DNA of 64,000 nt, from the NCBI RefSeq assembly GCF_963506605.1, contig NC_083288.1, positions 38,068,001-38,132,000 of the forward strand, written 5' to 3'. Positions 20,665-34,100 of this stretch are shown piece by piece. The notes beneath the pieces were generated by a model. The model worked only from the letters and a program-made list of their open reading frames with translations. It made no database searches and was not told where the DNA came from. The DNA is from Zootoca vivipara (taxonomy: Eukaryota). The translations under genes were made by a program, and so were the position numbers. Each line of letters opens with the position of its first letter. Position 1 is the stretch's first letter.

Positions 20665-22503
20665 CACGTGTGATTGCACAGACACTAATGTGCAATGGGA
20701 GCACACAGCCTGCTCAGATTACAACTGTAGAGGCGTCTTTTGTCCTACTAATAACAATACCTCATATTCCTAGACTGCTTTCAAGTGCTCACAGTAGTTC
20801 ACATGCACCATCCAGTTGCAAGCCTGTAAGTCGGTATTATCCCCCAATACAGCAACAGGGCTGAGGTTGAGGGAGAATTGCTTCCCCAAAGCACCTTGTG
20901 AGCTCAGGGCAGAGGTAAGATCCAAACCAGTCCTGACTTCTGACTCATAGCTCAGTCTCTCAGGCACTACGCTACACCAGCTTTCTCTTAATAAATTACT
21001 GAGGGAACAACTGTAATTTTAAAAGCAACAACTATGGGTGGAATTCCGGCTAGCGCTAAGAAGATTGTTCTGTCTGCTGCTTGCTTGATGGAACAATTTC
21101 CCCTCTCCTCCCTGTGCACTGTTCTGGGGGTTCTCATGACCCTTCAGAGCAGATTTGGGAGAGGCGTAAGGTGGGTGAAGCCCCATTAGGCTAGTAGGAG
21201 TCTTTGTGCTGGCTTCTGCTAGTGAAATCCTGCCATATCTTTACGAATACTGCCTGCTCAGCTACTGAGTCTGTGGAGGGAAGGCCAAAAGGCAGCATGC
21301 CATGTGCAAACCAGAGCCCCCTCGCCAGATGAGAACTAGTCAGCAAGGCTTACTGTTATTTCATGGTTCAGTGGTAGCATTCAAAATAGGTTCCCGGCAG
21401 GTTAAGCTCCCAGCTCAAAATAAGCTTTTGGGTTAGAGAGAAAGATGAGTAAGCACATGTGAAGATGGTTAGTACAGCAGTGTGTTATTTGTTTAATACA
21501 CAATATCCCACCTTTCCTCCAAGGAGCTCAAAGAGGCATACATAGTTGTCACTGCACTTTATCTTTACAACAACCCTGTGGGTGAGGTTACGCTGAAAGA
21601 TAGTGACTGACCACCATGTGAGCTTCCTAGTTGAATGGGGATTTGGATCTTGGTCTCCCCGGTCCTAGTCAGGCACATCAGCCGCAGCACCACAGGAAAT
21701 TAGGTTAGGAGATCCAGGTACAAACTTTCTCAATTGCAAAAGTCCATCAAGCATGGTGAGAAACAATGATCTGGCTGACTGAATTCCATAGTGACAAGAA
21801 GAAGAGCACTGAAAACCAGGATTGCTTGCTAAGAAGTGCTTCAGGAATAATTAATGATAATGGGGAAATGCAGTATTTCACATGGATGGTAGACATATCC
21901 CTTCTTTTTCAGCTGTGCACTGAGAAAAAAAATTGCATTCACTTGTAAATAGTCTAATCTCCAGAAATATGCGAGTGTATTAATCTCTCTCAACATATGC
22001 ACACAAGGTTGCAATTCTATGCATACTTACTAAGAAATAAGCTCCACTGTGGGACTCACTTCTGGGCATATATATATGCAAAGGATTGTGGTGTGTATAG
22101 GATAGAAAATTGTGATTTTCCCTGACTGAGAGGTGCCATCGTTCAGAGGCAAAGTCAATATTTTGCATTCAGAAAATGCAAGTTCAACCTCTGGCCATGC
22201 AGCTAAAAGCGTTCAGCTTGAGAAAGACCCTGGAGAGCAGCTGCCAGTCCAGAGTAAACAATACGAGATGGACCAATGGGCTGACTCGGTGTGAGGCAGT
22301 AAATGAGGGCAAAAAACCCCCGTTTTACCCCCCCCCCCAAGGGCTACATTCTTCGAAACCCAAATCCTTGAGTATTTTGTTCCAAAAACCAACCTAATAG
22401 CTGAACAAAAAGATTTAGGTGGGAGTAACCAGATGGAGAACAGACCCAGGGGGGAGAAATGCAAGAATGGTACACAGTTAAGAAAGGTGCAACCTTATCT
22501 TAC

Positions 22504-22930
22504 CTCCGTCCTGTTCTCTACTTCCCTCCAGGTTGGCGCTCAGGCGACTTCCCCTTTTACTCGAGGATTCTGTCCCTTTAAGAGGCAGCTGTGCACACCC
22601 ATTTCCTAACTCCTGCAAAAGAATCCTATAGGTATTACTCTCGCGCGCAGGCGCAGGCGAGACTCCTCCGCGTCACTCTCAATCCTCGGGCGAATGGGCG
22701 CTTTGGTGTGACGTGCAGGCGCGCGCGCGCTCCGCGCTGCCCTCCCGCCATAGAAACAGTGCCGCTCCCTATACTGGTAGTACTGTAAATCACGTCATCG
22801 ACTTAGGCCTCGGAAGGGAGGAAGCCGCGCGCCTTCCCGTATAACGGCTGCTCGTGACCATAGAGGAGAGTCTTCCGAAGAGCATAGAGCTACCACAACT
22901 ACTGGATGCTTTGAGAGCCATTTTGGTCGA
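22504..22930 (-). promoter_or_regulatory. CpG-island promoter and non-coding first exon, inferred for TMEM219 and/or the Harbinger-derived gene
   Basis: CpG cluster with NRF1-like GCGCAGGCGC, CRE-like TGACGT/ACGTCA and YY1-like GCCATTTT. Strong minus-strand donor GAG|GTAAGA at 22504/22503. No other CpG island lies between here and the TMEM219 ATG exon (acceptor at 8011). Confidence 0.65.
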
Positions 22931-24707
22931 GGGCAAAGAGTACTTATTTATAGATAATTAATATATTGTATCGTCAAAAACAGTTTTAGCTACATTTAGG
23001 TCAACTTATGAAATATTCACCTTTTAAAGGAGGCAAACCAACAAAGAGCGCATTTTCTCCTCCCCCTCCCCCAGTGCAGGTCAGGAACAGTAAGTTATAT
23101 GGCTCATTTTTTGTTACGAGTCTACTTGTGTTTTTTAAGCCCAGAAAAGAGTAACTGCAAACCAACCCAGGCTCAGATTATATTAAAGGAGGCTCAGATT
23201 CAAATAAGCAAGCAATTCAGACCATGCAATGTTTACTTGGACCTATCCCATTGATTTTAATACTATTTCGGTGGGGGCGGGGGCGGAGATCGGGCTCATA
23301 GCTTTCTGTATATTTCTACGAAGTAGCTGGGCTAAGAAAATGTTTTGCCCCTATGAAGGCGATCAACATTGCACTCTTACCCAACAGGACACAGATGGCT
23401 CCTTCCTTTGGCTTTCGTGATAAATTGTGGTGGGGATTTATTTCACACACTTCCTCATTACCACTGCAACTAAGCATCTTTACTGAGAAGCCCCATTGTG
23501 CTCTGTAGGCTTTAAAAAGGTAAAGAACCCCTGACAGTTCAGTTCAGTCACGAACGACTCTGGAGTTGCAGTGCTCATCTCGCTTTACAGGCTGTATGCT
23601 TTACTCACTGTATGCTTTAATCTTCAGTAGATGTGCTTATGACATACCCCTTACCCAAAGACGCAGTCTCAGGAATCTGCTGCTGTTGTGGTAACTGATT
23701 GGCCGCATCAGTTCATTAGTTTTTAAGATGGCAATCTTGTTTTTAAAAGGGGGGGGGGCGGCTTTTTTACAGTGACAACCAGCTTAGAAGCTCAGCAAAT
23801 GAGAATAAAAATAAGAGTATCAAACCATTAATTACCATTTAGGTAAACCAGCACTGTACCTCTAAAAGATGTCTAGAAGTAAAGTTATGCTTAGCATAAT
23901 CTCATCACTATGCTGGCACTGAGCAAGTATTTTATTTCTATTAAATCAAGTTGATCAAGTCACATAATTTCAGTAGAAATCACCGCTGCCTTCTTTAAGA
24001 CATCTTCTGAAAACTGTTTAAACACGCCTTCACATTTTTTTTCTTTGTGACCAACCAGTATTTATTGATGTTTTTAATTATGCCTTTAGTGGTTTTATCT
24101 TGTATGTTGCATACCACCTTGTCAATACTTACAAGAATGCAGCTTATAAATTCTTCAGTGGATAAACAAATAAAACTCTATTAGCCATTTATTAATAGTT
24201 CTTTGTGGTAAACCTCCCAAAGCTTTGTGCTTTCAAAAATTCATTCATGTTTTCCATCGCTACCCCTTAAAAATAATTTCCCTCCCAAACCATTTTCAGT
24301 GCCTTGAGCCACATCACTACCTACCCCATGCTGGTAACACACCTGTGTAGCGATGAATAATGAGACACTGACAAGGCGAGAGAAGTGAATTTAAATAAAT
24401 TCTTTTTTTGCCTTTATTTTCAGGGGAATCCAGAGAAATTAAAAACCATGTGAAGAAATTAAAAACCAGAGCATTAAATCAGAGAGAAAGAGAGAGAGCA
24501 AGAGAGAAAAAGAGAGGTGAGGCGTTAGCCCCACCGAGACAATTTGAGCTATAACAGCAAAGGGAGGGAGGTAGGCAGGTGGCAGAGCTTCCCCTTTCAA
24601 GATGCTTGGGCTTCTCCAGTCTTCAAGGGGGGTGGGGTGGGCATCTTGCCTCTCCCCATGTGCCCCCCCTCATGTCTTAGCGGTGCTTCCCCTGGGAATT
24701 ATTGAAG

Positions 24708-26575
24708 TTAACCCTTCCCATCGAAGGTGTCTGTGTAGACCGTCACTCTGCTAGGATCTAGATGGAAAAAGAAAAAGTGATGGCAACAGGAACAATGCCT
24801 TGAAGGGAGATGTGCCATAAATAATGTGTATACATATACATACATACATACATACATACATACATACATACATACATACATACATACACCTCTGCCCGAA
24901 GCCTCAATGGTTGGCCACAGAACAGGCCCTTCATTAATCTGCTCCCACATATGCAGCTCTTTTGTGGTTTGGTTGAATTGTTTAAGGCAGCCCCCCACAT
25001 CCAACATCCGATAGTTGTTTATTTCACCAGCTCTACTTCTCTTTCCCATCTCCCATCACACAACTTCATAAGGCCCAGTTTATTCACCTCCCCGTACTGC
25101 ACAGAACCAATCACCCCAGTTTTTCAGATAGCATCAACCTGCTCCTGCCTGCTACTACATGAATAGAAAACCTGCCTGGCTCATGGGTCAAGGCTGGCAG
25201 TGGCACTTGTCTTCAGTGTCACTGTCTCGAGTTCTCCAGGCAATGATGTGGGGTCAGAAGCATTTTCAAAGTGTAATTTGAAACTTGTGTTAGATCAGGC
25301 ATCCCTGACCACTGGTCCTCTTAGCTAGGGATCATGGGAGTTGTAGGCCAAAACATCTGGAGGGCCGCAGTTTGGGGATGCCTGAGTTAGGGCTTCAAAG
25401 CTATGGAGCACATGCACTCGACACAACATTAAAAAGCAAACCACGAAAAGACACAGTATTAAAATCAGTGCCCCTCAGCTTCTGAAAGCAATCCTTACAA
25501 AAGGCTGGTTTTTTCCCCAAAATACGAGTGGTCAGATTAAATTTGTGTGTGGGGGGGTGTTTGTTTTTTTTGCATGTGTGATACAGTAGAGGGAGATGCA
25601 ACTGAATATATGGCAAGGGTTTGAAAGTATGAATTACACACCCACAATTCTTAGCCACATCCCCTCCACTTCACATTGTTGTACATTACTGCAAATCTTA
25701 ATACCCCCTTTAACATGAAGCTGTTGAGCCCCAAAGGTCATATTTATGAAGCCACTGATTTAGGCCCAGACACCTCCATTTGCTTACCTTGACTGTGTAG
25801 CTCCCATATATGTCTCCACTCTGTATTAGAAGGGGGGGAAAGGGAAAAGGGAAATTAGAAGAAGCCAAGCACTGTTTGTAAATAAGCCCCAGTGCCCCAA
25901 GACCCTCCAACACAGCTGAAGCTGCTCACTTCTCAAGACAATGCCCTGAAAGTTCAGCCACACTGAGAAAAGTTGGTGTCTCAGTGCACTGAAGGTCACA
26001 TGCCCATCCAAACTTTTGCCCAAGCTACATAAAACTGGATGTGGGAATCTGTGCTATCTGAAGCAATGCTTAAATTATGAGGGAGCTAAATGGTATCTTT
26101 AACTACCTCTTTAGCCCAACCAGGGCCTCTCTTAGCCTTCTAAAAACAATAGCTAACAAAGTAATCAGAAAAGGTGGGGATAGGCTGTTTGATCATCATC
26201 TACCCAAAGAAATTGTTGCCCTAGTCTGTGGAGGAAATGTAAACTGTAGTAGAATTCAACCTCAGAGGAGTGAAAAGATTGTTCTTTATACTATCCAATA
26301 CCTCTCCACTTTCATGAACTGCAAACGTTCTTTGTGCTGTGTGACTGCCCATCCACTCACCATCTCCACAAACATCCCTAGCTTTCCAAATGAAGCATTT
26401 CCTTGTGTCCTCCATCCCTTCTCCCATCAGATGTCAAAGAGATAAATAACTACCTGACATTTAGAAGACATCTGAAGGCAGCCCTGTTCAGGGAAGTTTT
26501 TAATGTGTGACATTTTAATATATTTTAAATTTCTGTAGGAAGCCGCCCAAATTTCTGTTGGGAGGGGTATAAATA

Positions 26576-26623
<48 letters not shown>

Positions 26624-29600
26624 CATTATCATCATCTCTTGACTATGTTCAACTACCCATGGGACAGCTCCCAAGCCTCAACACACATGCATTGGTTCTC
26701 CTCCCTTTCCCTCACGCCCAGTGACGCAGTGGGATCCTTCCAGCACCTTACCATCCAGGTGGTAATTTTTTGCAGCCTGCCAGTCGCTAACTTCCATTTT
26801 CTCCCAGGATGCTCCAGCATCTGCATCTCGTTCATCCACGTCTGGTGCCGTCCCGCCACCCCCTCCATGCCCAGCCCCCGGCTCATTGATAAAGGAGAGG
26901 CCCCACTCATTCTGAAAGATGGCTCCCAGGTGCTGTCGCCGACTGCTGTCAGATGGCGGGGGGCTACTTGGGGGTGGCGCCAAGACACAGTTGGGGAGGC
27001 TATTGGTGGTGCGGACGGCTGAGGCAGGAACATGGCAGGCTTTCCCCGGTTGATCCAGGTTCTCTTTCAGCTTGCTGGCATAAGAGATCTTGGGGATGAT
27101 CCGGGCACTGCTGCTATCAACCGGGAAAGCGGGAAGTGGCCGGAAGAGCGACCATGTTTCCTTCCCAGAATCCTCGGTGGCTGTGTTGGCGGCATTAGAT
27201 GTGGCGGCAGGCTTCTCACTGGCTTTGATGGTACTGCCTCGTTCGGATTCGGGAGATGACGACGGGGAGGGTGGGTCGGAATAGCCGCGGCGCCGGTGCT
27301 GCCACCGCCCGTTGGAGATGCTCTCAGGAGCACAGTGATGGCCGTTTGTGCTAGGTCCCCATTCCTTGCGGTCTGAGGGGCTGCCTCGGTAGGTCTTGCG
27401 GTATGCTGTAGCATGGAAGGGGCGGGCATGGTAAAAGCGATGAGGGTAGCGGTGGGGATGGTGGGCAACAGGAGGGTCCCGCTCAGACAACTGGAGATTG
27501 CGGATGTTGAGGCTGTTGGAAGGGCTCAGGGGAACACTGGGTTCGTCAGCTATCTCAGAGGGAGCAGTATACCCATTGGACTCCCATGCACCTGAAGAGA
27601 AAGAAGAGAAAGGGTGAAGACCATGTCTGACTCACGTCCCTTTGTCACCCTCTCACACCAAGAATGCAAGCACCTCAGACCAGCAACCCCATTTTTTATT
27701 TGGGAGGGTGGGAAGCTTATGTTACCAAAGATTGCTTGAAACAAAATAAAAAAATTCCTTCAGTAGCACCTTAAAGACCAACTAAGTTTTTATTTTGGTA
27801 TGAGCTTTTGTGTGCATGCACACTTAAGGAATTTTTTTATTTTGTTTCGACTCAGACCAACACGGCTACCTACCTGTAACTAGAAAGATTGCTTGGTTAG
27901 TGTTTGGAGATTTGGTAAGAAAGTTGGGGGATTAAAAGGTGCTTAAATAGGACACCTAAATATTTGAACATATTTCTGGCTTTCGTTTATCTGGAATGCA
28001 GACACATTCACCTCTCTCAGTTTGGGGTCAACAGGTCACAGATGAGGCAGAAGATGCCCATGGGGTTAAAATATCCTTGAGGTTTATCTGGGGTGCGCAG
28101 GTGGCTAAAATCTTCACATCAATTAAGTGATTTCAAAACCTCTCTCCATGCTGCTAACTCAGTCAATTCCAAAACAGTGATCTTCAGTCAATAAAAGAGG
28201 GGGGGAATTCCTCTTCTGTCTTCTGATATTTATTAATTATAAACTCTAAGACAATTACAAGGAACCTTTTGCCCCCCCAGAAGCTGCTGAACCACATTTT
28301 GCATCTTGATGGCCATACTGACAGGGGCTGATGGAAGCTGTAGTTCAGCAACATTAGGAAATCATATGAAAATACCACTTCTGAGGTTGGTGTAGCCCAC
28401 TCCCCGCTTTTCTGGTTATTTAGCATTCAAAACATTCTGTCTTCAGGTTTCCAAGCTTCTTTACATTGTGATGAGCAAAGGGGGGGAACAGAACCAGAGG
28501 TGTTAATGCTGAAGAACTCAAACCTATGAGATCCCTTCTCTTAAACCCTAACCAATTTCAGGTTCCTCAAACCCTTTCCCAATAATTCTAGAATCCCTTC
28601 CCTTAAGCCACTGAGCTACCCAGAGAATTAAAGAGTCATTGTTTTCCCATCTGTAGGGCTTCATTCCTCTCCTAAATATACCCCAGGAGTGTGAAAGGGA
28701 TATGAAGAACATGCTACTTTTTCCAAATGGGTATCTAGTAAAGCAGCACGGTGGCAGATAATCACTTCTTCTCCACAACTTTTTAACAGGGAAGAGAAAA
28801 CGGGGAGTATAGAGGATGGGCATTCAGGGCTCTAGGTTCTCAGGATGAATGTGCCTCACCCAGCACTGAGGTGCAACCACCTCTGGAACAGAAAAACATG
28901 CAGAAAAAGCATGATAGAAAGGAAAAGGGCAAAGCCCAACCTCAGTTCAGTACAACACACCTTCTCTGGAGACCTGGCTTGGCCTGTAGCCCAGCTCTGC
29001 TCCACCCCCTGCGTGACAGAAAGAATGTTTTATTTTCAACATTTAGATGCATTAAGGATAGCTAGAACTTAGATGCATGTTACAAAAGGCAGTTAATCAA
29101 ACCAGAGCCACTGAATTAACCAAATAGGACCCGCCCTAGTAAGGAAAAGGAAACTGAAACTCTGGAAAGGGAGTGTGATTCAGTAAATTGAGATTTACCA
29201 GGTAAGGGGCAGGTTTGCATGATTCTGTGGAGATACAGCAGCTTATGGTTTACGGTAGGATTTTCCAGCATGGGTTGTCCGATTCTTTTTGGGGGGGAGC
29301 AGGAAACTTAGCTTGGGGGGTGGGGGTTCACAGCTCCACATATGAGGTAGACACTATAGGGCTGAGGTAAAGGAAATTGAAATAAGGATGCGCTCTAGTG
29401 GTGAAAAAAGCTTGCTTGTCCCAAGAGTTCAGTTTAGTTTTGGACTAAATGAACAACAGATGCATACAAGGAGTTTGGGGTGTGTGAATGGATTGATAAG
29501 GGCAAGGATCAGCTGAGTTCATTGGGAACTAAAGGAAACATTTCAAAATGCTAAGCACCAACACCAAAATTCTGGGTGATCAAGAAGCTGGGTTTTTAGT

Positions 29601-29916
29601 AGCCAGTCTTGAGTAGGTGATGGTGAAGGGTTGGGGAACTTGTGGCTCTCTAGATGTGGCTGGGCTACAACTTCCATCATCCCTGACCAATGGTCATGCT
29701 GACTTAGTGCTTTTGGGAGTTGCAGTCTAACATCTTCTGGAGGACCAGAGGTGACTTTGTAGAAGTGACTTAGAAGATAAAATACTGGCTGCAGTTTAAG
29801 TTACCTGTCCGGATGCGGTTGCTGAGGTTGTGGCATTTTTCCTTCTTTCCACCGAGGAGACGCAGCTCCTCCTCTGGGTTGCGATTTTCATCCATTCCCA
29901 GCTCCTCCTTCTGCAT
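24708..29916 (-). CDS. NUFIP2-like paralog (FMRP-interacting / stress-granule protein family), 344 aa
   Basis: Coding exons 29916-29805, 27591-26752, 25820-25788 (33-nt microexon) and 24757-24708, all phase-1 GT-AG junctions (1035 nt). Contains the NUFIP2 signature blocks TWSLFRPLPAFPVDSSSARIIPKISYASKLKENL, LGAIFQNEWGLSFINEP and DWQAAKNYHLDEWRHIWELHSQDPSRVTVY. AATAAA at 24418-24413. Confidence 0.88.
24838..24887. repeat. (TACA)n microsatellite
   Basis: Tandem TACA units. Confidence 0.95.
25296..25384. mobile_element. Internally deleted copy of the palindromic hAT MITE
   Basis: CAGGCATCCC...GGGGATGCCTG ends with most of the left arm missing. Confidence 0.7.
26445..26635 (+). mobile_element. 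L2-like LINE 3' tail ending in a (TAT)n microsatellite
   Basis: Similar to 49960-50140 and 39780-39890 and to the reverse copy at 49010-49350 (GGCAGCCCTGTTCAGGGAAGTTTTTAATG...GGGGTATAAAT(ATT)n). Confidence 0.6.
27741..27880. mobile_element. Short dispersed repeat (Penelope-like fragment)
   Basis: AAAAAATTCCTTCAGTAGCACCTTAAAGACCAACTAAG is shared with 54425-54512 (inverted) and 58810-58930. The family assignment is from recall. Confidence 0.5.
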
Positions 29917-30349
29917 GGCCTCTTGACTGTGTGTGATGCAGATCCCAACAGCAATAGAGCTTCGAGGATGTGGAAGGTATTCCTAAACCCCAGAGTCCTG
30001 ACTACAGTCTTGCTCTCAGCCTCCTTTTCAAGCACAACACCACAGCGTGCCCAGTGACTCTACTCTTCCTCTATTTCGCTGCACTGCAAATTAGTAGCCT
30101 GTTCCTGAAAGCTATTCACTCTCTCGCAGCGGCAAAAGTCACCTCAATGGCAGAGAAAGCTGCCAGGTACCCTGCAGAGCCCCCCAACTTCTGAAATGCT
30201 ACAGCAGCTTAAAGGACCAAAGGAAGCTTCTTCTGTTTGCACCTACACCTACGCTGTATACAAACACCTGTATAAAACTTCGGGAGGAAGTTGCCCCCTC
30301 GTTTTCCGTTTTAGCTGTCTGTATGCCCTACGGTACCCCACCCACCCCA

Positions 30350-31135
30350 GTTAGCGCTTCTCGGCTGAAAAACCAACCAACCCAAGGATCCAGCCCCAAA
30401 CGCGGCACCTCCCTACAACCGTAACAGCAGCTTTCTTCCTTACGCGCCGCAAAAAAAGCTTCTTGCCACCCCGCACCGCCCTTGCTTACACCCCCGCACT
30501 CGAGGCGACTCCCACCCACCCCGCAACCTTTGCTAACAGCTTTGCTGCCCGGTAGTATTTGCTTAAAAAAAAACACCCCACCAACCCAGATCTACCGCCC
30601 CCGCTTTTGGGGGTCTCAAACTTCCTCCGCAGCCTTTTCCAACCTTTTCGGCCTCCCTTTCCCGGTTCCGTCAATTGGGGCCCTTGTTTCGTCAGAGCTC
30701 AGATAACTCTAGGCCCAGCCTGACGCTCTCAAAATCACAGCCAGGAACCCTCCGCCTGAAGGGTAATCCTTTTTTCTTTTTTTAAATTAAAAAAAGAAAG
30801 AACCTCCCCAGGAAGGCCCTGACTCAAGGAGCCCCGTCGCTTCCGCCCCAAGCCCCAGCTGCCCGCTTTGCCTCTGGCCGGCTGCCCCCCAACTACAAGG
30901 CGGCCCCCCTGCGCTCCAGCCTCGCTCTGCTCCCTTCACCTTCCTCAGGCCCAGGCGATTCAGCCAAGCCCGCCCGGCACATTCACCCAGCCAGCCCCCG
31001 CCACGTGACCGGTTTCCCCCTTTGGCCTCCTCTGGTCACCTGATCCTCAAAGCGCCGTAGCTTCCGGGGAGGTAACCGTGCCGCGTGACCCGCCCTGTGT
31101 CATGTGACCACTTCGTCTATCACGTGACCAGAAAG
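30350..31135 (-). promoter_or_regulatory. CpG-island promoter of the NUFIP2-like gene with an E-box/CLEAR cluster
   Basis: CpG-rich region upstream of the exon acceptor at 30171. CACGTGAC at 31002, GTCATGTGAC at 31099, ATCACGTGAC at 31119. Confidence 0.7.
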
Positions 31136-34100
31136 AGTTGCTTCCCCCCTCCCCCTCTTCTTTGCTTCTCCATTTCTTGACCCACCCGCTTTCTTTCATA
31201 CAATTGGGTTGGTTGCGTTTTTCTTGCGGAGCTTAAAAGCAGTGTGCTTTCCCACCCACCCCGCCATATAATTTTATATATTTTCTCATAGAACATTATG
31301 GAAAGGGTGAGACCGACTTGGCCCCATCCATAAACCAAAGGAGTAGCAGCCACAGGACTCTTGCTTCGGCCCCGCTCAGTCCTTGGAATAACAGCTGTAA
31401 GGATTTCGCAACTAAAGCTGCAAACCCTGCCACATCTGCTCAGAAGTAAGCGCCATTAAATTCAGTGGGGCTTACTCCCAGGTCAGGATCGCAGCCCTAA
31501 TGCTCCCCACCTTCCAATCTTGTTTCCTTTTGTGTCAGGTGTTTTAGATTGTAAAGGAGGGGACCATTTTACTCATTACTGTAAACCGCTTTGGGTGACT
31601 TGGCCTGCTGAAAGGTAGGGTAAAAATAATTTAAATACAATTGTGGATAATATACAGTACTTGGTGGTGACTCACATAGAGCTCAGTGGGGCTTGCTTTT
31701 ATATAAAAAAATTTGTAGAGATTGTTTGCAGATTAATTGCAAACATGCAAACTACAGTGTACATATAAGAGTTAAAGCTTATCATCACTTAACTGCAACA
31801 CTAGGTATTTCATGTTTAAATAATAATCAAAAAAAAAACCTGCAGATACACTGTGCAGCACTACCTAGGGTAGGCATTGGGTCATTTTGTAAACTTTCAT
31901 TTCAGTTTTTTATACTTTTGGGCAATTGCTATTAACAAACCTAAGCACAGCCTAATTGCAGCTGAGAGAAGACTAATTTTCAGCATAGTAATCCAGGGTT
32001 TCTTGACTTCATTCCCTCAAAGCCAATATGGTTTTGCTCGTTTAACCCTTGACAACTTGAAAGGTGTAGATCATTGTTGAGGATTAAATTAAGTGTTTGG
32101 ATCATAGCTGCTTATATTTGGAATAATCAGCCACACAGGGAAGGAAGCTACATAAGCTGCACAGGAGGATGCAGAGTTAAAATGCAGAAACTACTGTAAG
32201 GCTCAGCTACCTATTAGATTGAGAAACACTGTAAACAATGGGTTCTGCTCTGAATGGGCAAAAGCCTTTGTTTAATCCTTCTATGAGAATCTATACTAGC
32301 AACGTACCTCTGCCTGACTTCTTCCCTGGGTACGAGACGAGATAGGAAACTACCAAGATATGGAAGCAGAAATACCAGGTTACCAAAATATGGTTTCTTA
32401 AAATTGAAACACTCATCCAGCCACTGCATTGTAGCCCCTCAAGCCTAGCCAGCCCTTCTGCTTCTTCTCAAAAGACCCCAGTTACAGCAGCAGCTGCCAT
32501 CAATATGAATCAAGGCATACTATTATAGAAAGGCAGGCATACTATAATGTTCTCCAATTAAATACCAGCAGTCTGGGTAATGTCAGTAGATCTTCCATTT
32601 CCTCTGGCCTGAGGCACTCAACATACAGATCCCCTTCTCCATAAGCATCTCTCTTCATAAAATCCAAGGCATCCACCAGACTGCTGAAGCGCTTTCCATT
32701 GTTACAATCCAGAAGGGGAGAATTGGAGAAAACTTGCACCCACCTTCAAATTTAGGTTCTTAGAAATCCAGAAGGAAGCTCACCTTATTTCCTTCCACTA
32801 CTGGAGTAAGCCACAGGCAGCAGATGAACAGAGAAGCTGCCCAAGTGTTAACAAGGTAAGATTTCAAACATGTGCTGCCAACAACTCCTTCCTCTTTAGC
32901 AATTGTAATTGTCCAATAAACACAACCCTCTGGGTTAGACAAAAAGATGATCCAGCTCACTAAAGTCACTAATATTCTTTGGGAAATGTGCCTGTCTAGG
33001 CATGGAAAAGCCCAGGAGATACAGATCCTTATCCAGTTAAAACACACACACACACACACCAGGAAACTTCCCCATTTTTAAGCAGGTACCTTTATTACAA
33101 TAATTTAATAGAAAAAAAACATTTTTAAAATAAATTATGCAAATACAAAAAATTACAATAATTAATTCAAGAAAGTTACCTCCTCCAGGGAGGGGAGGAT
33201 ATACAGAGGGGTAAAGAAGAATGGAGGAAAATGATACCTTCTCTCCAGTAAAGTTACCTGCACCAGTCTGCATTTACAGAATGCAATTTCACCCTCCCTC
33301 TCCATCCACCACCATTAAGAATATCCAAACCCTGTTCCATCAGACAATTGACTGAAAGGGTTGCTGAAATGTCCCATATTACACTTTGCTGAAGTTGGTA
33401 TAAAGCACCATACCATTCCCTGTGGCAGGATGAGGAAATGGTGGCCCTCCAGTTATGGATGGACTACAACTCCCATCAAACCTGATCACTGGCTATGCTG
33501 GCTGGGGCTGATGGGAGGACCCCAGATTCCCCCTCTGCCCGACCTTATGGAAAACAAGGGGGTGAAGCCATTCCAGGGGCAGAGTACAAGTGCTCAAACT
33601 CTGCAGGAAGAAGTATGACTTCTGTACCTACACAGATCTATGTCTGAAGGGAGTCATTTGACCATGTTCCGCTGTTTTGTAATGGTGTGGGATTGCCTAT
33701 GAAGTGTGGGATTGAAGCATCTAACATATTTTGATATAAGTCGTACCTGTAAGTGGGACAGAAGTGTTTGGATGGAATCAAGGTCCAGGTCACACAACAC
33801 TTAAGGAGATGGTCAAACTGTGTTTTTGACCCAGACATTTTTTTTTAAAAAAAATAGCAGCTGTTATCTGTCTGACATCTTTCCCAGATGGACAATAATA
33901 GAACCAATTTCACAACTGTTACCTCCTGCTCTAATGCAAAGGTTAAAGGTGCCAAGTTTTATACATGAATTTTTTTAATGGTTGATTAACACTGGATTTA
34001 ATCTTCTTTGCTCACAGGAGGCTATATCTAGTTGAAATTAATCCAGAAAAAAGACACTAATAAATATGTTGTATAATCCCAGTTATGCCAATGCCATTAT

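Noticed and set aside
15830-22500. A Myb/SANT partner ORF or TIRs for the Harbinger ORF
   Set aside because: No ORF with trihelix/Myb tryptophan spacing, and no matching inverted termini were visible by eye.
24758-25049. YVCM/YIHT repeat ORFs
   Set aside because: Translation of the (TACA)n microsatellite; only 24757-24708 is coding.
29796-30035. 79-aa ORF as the first coding exon of the NUFIP2-like gene
   Set aside because: Wrong phase for the next exon; the ATG at 29916 in another frame gives the continuous reading frame.
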